Shown: piece by piece, positions 61,172-64,000 of the stretch | Layout of the letters: every line of letters starts with the position of its first letter | Numbering within the stretch: position 1 is the stretch's first letter | NCBI GenBank assembly: GCA_044226365.1 | Contig: JBGAHE010000005.1 | Span: forward strand, 7,088-71,087 | DNA from: Bryobacteraceae bacterium | GTDB lineage: Bacteria; Acidobacteriota; Terriglobia; Bryobacterales; Bryobacteraceae | Length of the DNA stretch: 64,000 bases | Direction of reading: 5' to 3' | Notes under the pieces: model-generated | Databases searched by the model: none | The model's input: the letters and a program-made list of their open reading frames with translations, nothing else | What the model was told of the DNA's origin: nothing | Translations under genes and position numbers: made by a program

Positions 61172-61935
61172 TGTTCCGCCTGACCCTGACGCTGGACCCC
61201 GACCTGGAGGACGACGTCGTCGCCGCCTTGGCCGACGCTCCGCTCACCGGGCTTGACCAGTTCAACCGCGACGACGGCCTGCTCGATCTCAACGTCTGGT
61301 TCGTGGATCGCGCCGCGGCCGACGCAGCGGCGGCCTTATTCCCGGCGGTTCGCGCCCAAGTGGAGGAAGTTGCCAACCAGAATTGGAACGCCGCGTGGCA
61401 GGCGCAATGGCAACCGCTCGCAGTGGGCCAGCGCTGGTATCTCACCCCTCCCGATGACATCTCGCCCACGCCCCCCGGTCGAGTGCGACTGTCGCTCAAA
61501 CCGGGGCTCGCCTTCGGCAACGGCGATCATCCCACCACCCAGCTTTGTCTCGCCGCGCTCGAACAAGTGATCCGGCCGGGCGACCGGTTCCTCGACGTCG
61601 GCTGTGGCTCCGGCCTGCTCGGCGAAGCCGCCACCTGGTTGGGCGCTCGTTCTTTCGGCTGCGATCTCTCCGCCGTCGATCTACCGGTCAACGCCTTCGT
61701 GGGCTCGCTCGACGCACTGCAAACGGCCAGCGTGGATGTAGGCGCCATGAATATTCAAGCCGGCATCATCGAGCAGTTGTGGCCGGACTTTACCCGGGTC
61801 GTACGCCGTCACGCGATCCTGAGCGGCTTCCTGCCCGAGCAGGCGGACGCCGTCCGCGGGCTACTGCAGGCTCCCTGGCAACTCGTCAGTTTCGCGGAGC
61901 AGGACGGTTGGTGCGCGCTCGTCGCTATTCGATGA
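61171..61935 (+). CDS. prmA: Ribosomal protein L11 methyltransferase
   Basis: GLAFGNGDHPTTQLCL and the SAM motif FLDVGCGSGLLG. The ATG at 61171 overlaps the MFS stop (TAATG). The ORF-track start at 60772 lies inside the MFS gene. Confidence 0.85.
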   Translation: MFRLTLTLDPDLEDDVVAALADAPLTGLDQFNRDDGLLDLNVWFVDRAAADAAAALFPAVRAQVEEVANQNWNAAWQAQWQPLAVGQRWYLTPPDDISPTPPGRVRLSLKPGLAFGNGDHPTTQLCLAALEQVIRPGDRFLDVGCGSGLLGEAATWLGARSFGCDLSAVDLPVNAFVGSLDALQTASVDVGAMNIQAGIIEQLWPDFTRVVRRHAILSGFLPEQADAVRGLLQAPWQLVSFAEQDGWCALVAIR

Positions 61936-62344
61936 TCGGGTCTACCGGCCCGCTGGTAACGCGAGTATGGATCGTGGGCGTCGCCAACAGCGTATTGTGG
62001 ATCAGGCATTTCTCCACCGAGTGGTGAACGCCCTCCTCATGCTGCGGCCCCAGCTTATGCGGCACGTGGATCTCCAGCCGGAAATTGTCCAGGCGCGGCG
62101 GCCCCTTCACCTTATCGGCTTCCACTTTCAGCTCCAAGCCTTCGGAAGGTAACTGGTTCTTGTTCAGATACTCCGCCGCGTAGTAGCCGGCGCAGGTGCC
62201 CAACGCAGCCAGCAGATACTCCACTGGCGTCATCCCTTCGTCGAAGCCGCCACTCTTGACGGGCTGGTCGCAAAACACCTTGTGCCCGCGGATCTCGGCT
62301 TCGAACTGCACCGCGCCGAGGTAGCGCACTGTCATGACGCTCAT
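61925..62344 (-). CDS. OsmC-family peroxiredoxin-like protein
   Basis: 139 aa with the two conserved Cys (LGTCAGYY and VEKCLIHNTL) and the OsmC/Ohr layout. Confidence 0.85.
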   Translation of the reverse strand: MSVMTVRYLGAVQFEAEIRGHKVFCDQPVKSGGFDEGMTPVEYLLAALGTCAGYYAAEYLNKNQLPSEGLELKVEADKVKGPPRLDNFRLEIHVPHKLGPQHEEGVHHSVEKCLIHNTLLATPTIHTRVTSGPVDPIIE

Positions 62345-62413
62345 AACCTTAGTCTAGCCCCAGCATCGCGAGCCCACCATCGAAATATCGGTCCACCGTC
62401 ACCGCGCCCAAAC

Positions 62414-63226
62414 TCAAAACCGCATCCCTCCGCTCACCACCAGCACTTCGCCCGACACGTAGTCCGAAAGCGGCGAGCAGAAGAACCACACCGGCGCTGC
62501 TGCTTCCTCTACTGTCCCCAGCCGGCCCAGCGGCACCATCTGCTTCATGCTGTCGAGCACCTTCGGCTGCACGCCCACCGCAATCTCGCGGCCCGCGATA
62601 TCGATCGACGCACCCTGCTCGCCCAACGGCTGCGTTAGCCGCGTCTCAATAAAGCCGAACGCTACCGAGTTCACATTCACGTTGTAGCGGCCCCACTCCT
62701 TCGCCATCACGTTCGTAATGCCGTTGATGCCCATCTTGCCTGCGCCATAGCCGATCTGCCCCGCGTTGCCATAGACGCCGGAGACGGACGAGATGTTCAC
62801 CACCTTCCGCATGACGCGCTTCCCTTGCTCGGCTTCGCGCTTCGCCGACGACCGGATAAAGTCAGACGCGGCCCGCAACACCCGGAACGGCGCCACCAGA
62901 TGAATGTCGAGCATCGCTTGAAACTGCTCATCGCTCGTCTTCTGAATCACGTTGTCCCAGGTATAACCCGCGTTGTTGACGATGATGTCCAGTCCGCCGT
63001 AGGCTTCGATCGTCGCCTTTACCAACTGGTCCGGGAACGCCGGCTCCGTCACACTGCCCGCCAGGTACTCCATCCCCAGTTCACCAGCCGTCTCGCGAGC
63101 CACGTCGGCATCGAGGTCATTCACCATCACCGACGCTCCTGCATCGGCCAGCATCCGTGCAATCCCTTTGCCGATTCCGCGCCCGGATCCCGTCACTAGT
63201 GCCGTCTTGCCTGTCAGTTGGAACAT
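62414..63226 (-). CDS. SDR-family oxidoreductase
   Basis: ATG at 63226 (MFQLTGKTALVTGSGRGIGKG), NNAG, SS...YGAGKMG catalytic region. Confidence 0.88.
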   Translation of the reverse strand: MFQLTGKTALVTGSGRGIGKGIARMLADAGASVMVNDLDADVARETAGELGMEYLAGSVTEPAFPDQLVKATIEAYGGLDIIVNNAGYTWDNVIQKTSDEQFQAMLDIHLVAPFRVLRAASDFIRSSAKREAEQGKRVMRKVVNISSVSGVYGNAGQIGYGAGKMGINGITNVMAKEWGRYNVNVNSVAFGFIETRLTQPLGEQGASIDIAGREIAVGVQPKVLDSMKQMVPLGRLGTVEEAAAPVWFFCSPLSDYVSGEVLVVSGGMRF

Positions 63227-63269
63227 GACCTCAGCATACAAGCGCCCACAGTAGACTGGAGAGAACGCC

Positions 63270-64000
63270 ATGTACCGCATCCGCTTTTCGCGCAATCACG
63301 ACCTGCCCTCCTCCACGCCGGACGCTGCCGGCGGCGTCGAGTACGTCAACCTCACCACGCCCGAAATCCCCCCGGACGTCAAGCTGCTGCCGCCCGTCTC
63401 GCCTTCCAAGATTGTCTGCGTGGGCCGCAACTATGCCGCGCACGCCAAGGAACTCGGCAACGACGTCCCCACCGAACCCCTCATCTTCCTCAAGCCGCCG
63501 TCTTCGTTGATCGCCGCCGGCGACAAGATCGTCTATCCGGCCATCAGCCAGCGGGTCGATTTCGAGGGCGAAATCGGCGTCGTGATTGGCCGCCGCGCTC
63601 GCCACGTGCAAAGCCGCTCAAGCTTTCGACTATGTCCGCGGCTACACCATCGTCAACGACGTCACTGCCCGCGATCTCCAGAAAAAGGACGGCCAATGGA
63701 CCCGCGGCAAAGGCTTCGATACCTTCTGCCCCGTCGGCCCCTACGAAGTGCCCGCCTCCGAAATCGACTTCTCCCAGCTCTCGCTGGAAACCTTTCTCAA
63801 CGGCGAGCGCCGCCAGCACGGCTCCGTCTCACAACTGATTTTCAGCCTGGGTGATATAATCGAGTTCGTGACTCGGTTCATGACGCTTGAACCGGGCGAT
63901 CTGATTGCCACCGGAACTCCCGAAGGCGTCGGACCCATGCAACCCGGCGACTCGGTCACCGTGAAAATCGAAGGCCTCGGAGCGCTAACCAACTCTGTCA
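63270..64000 (+). pseudogene. Fumarylacetoacetate hydrolase (FAH) family gene with an apparent +1 frameshift near 63606-63615 (runs off the right edge)
   Basis: Frame 1 (63270 onward) gives [17 protein letters not shown]...FLKPPSS...[17 protein letters not shown] and then turns to nonsense. From about 63610 the +1 frame reads [43 protein letters not shown]...[15 protein letters not shown] to the window end. Confidence 0.75.

Noticed and set aside
60772-61935. 387-aa version of prmA, the 240-aa version of the CDGSH ORF (28613..29335), and the long 5' extensions of ORFs 11755..12747, 30535..31326 and 42306..42908
   Set aside because: The upstream portions lie inside neighbouring, well-supported genes and lack family similarity. 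Internal starts fit the conserved N-termini and give small intergenic gaps or stop/start overlaps.

Overview
GC-rich (by eye about 60-65% GC), very gene-dense bacterial chromosomal segment with about 60 protein genes. I recognised no rRNA, tRNA, CRISPR array, IS element or prophage. It is probably Acidobacteriota (inference), based on an ADOP-type duplicated orphan permease, a regulator fused to a PD40/TolB-like propeller, many Sec/Tat-exported enzymes, and Pro/Ala-rich extensions on housekeeping proteins. Main blocks: (1) a hopanoid cluster at 0.6-9.4 kb, rpsT / ispH-shc-hpnA-hpnG plus two Zn-dependent dehydrogenases, convergent with leuS-hpnC-hpnD; (2) nfo, YceI, DUF2721, an atypical Hsp70-like protein coupled to an SDR; (3) a Tat-signal enolase-superfamily dehydratase followed by a leaderless L,D-transpeptidase-fold protein and a small Hcp/TssD-like protein; (4) skp-bamA; (5) an orphan KAS II, ADOP permease, a GH88 operon, CDGSH-selA; (6) the rpsA-DUF885-lepB-S9-hydrolase string; (7) dgoD-like, rbfA, LD-carboxypeptidase, thrS, a GT21-like glycosyltransferase, a pilin-like gene, an S46 peptidase; (8) a secreted tail-fibre-like protein, an orphan Flp pilin, a processive GT2; (9) a sugar-acid-like cluster, prmA, OsmC, an SDR, and a frameshifted FAH-family gene at the right edge. 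Best candidates for new biology: the two polyol-type dehydrogenases directly downstream of hpnG (possible unassigned ribosylhopane reductase step), the leaderless LDT-fold / Hcp-like pair, the Hsp70-like/SDR pair, and the tail-fibre-like protein next to an orphan Flp pilin. All functional calls come from motif and family recognition by eye; no database search was run. Many long ORFs in the track are antisense or alternate-frame artefacts of the high GC content and were rejected.
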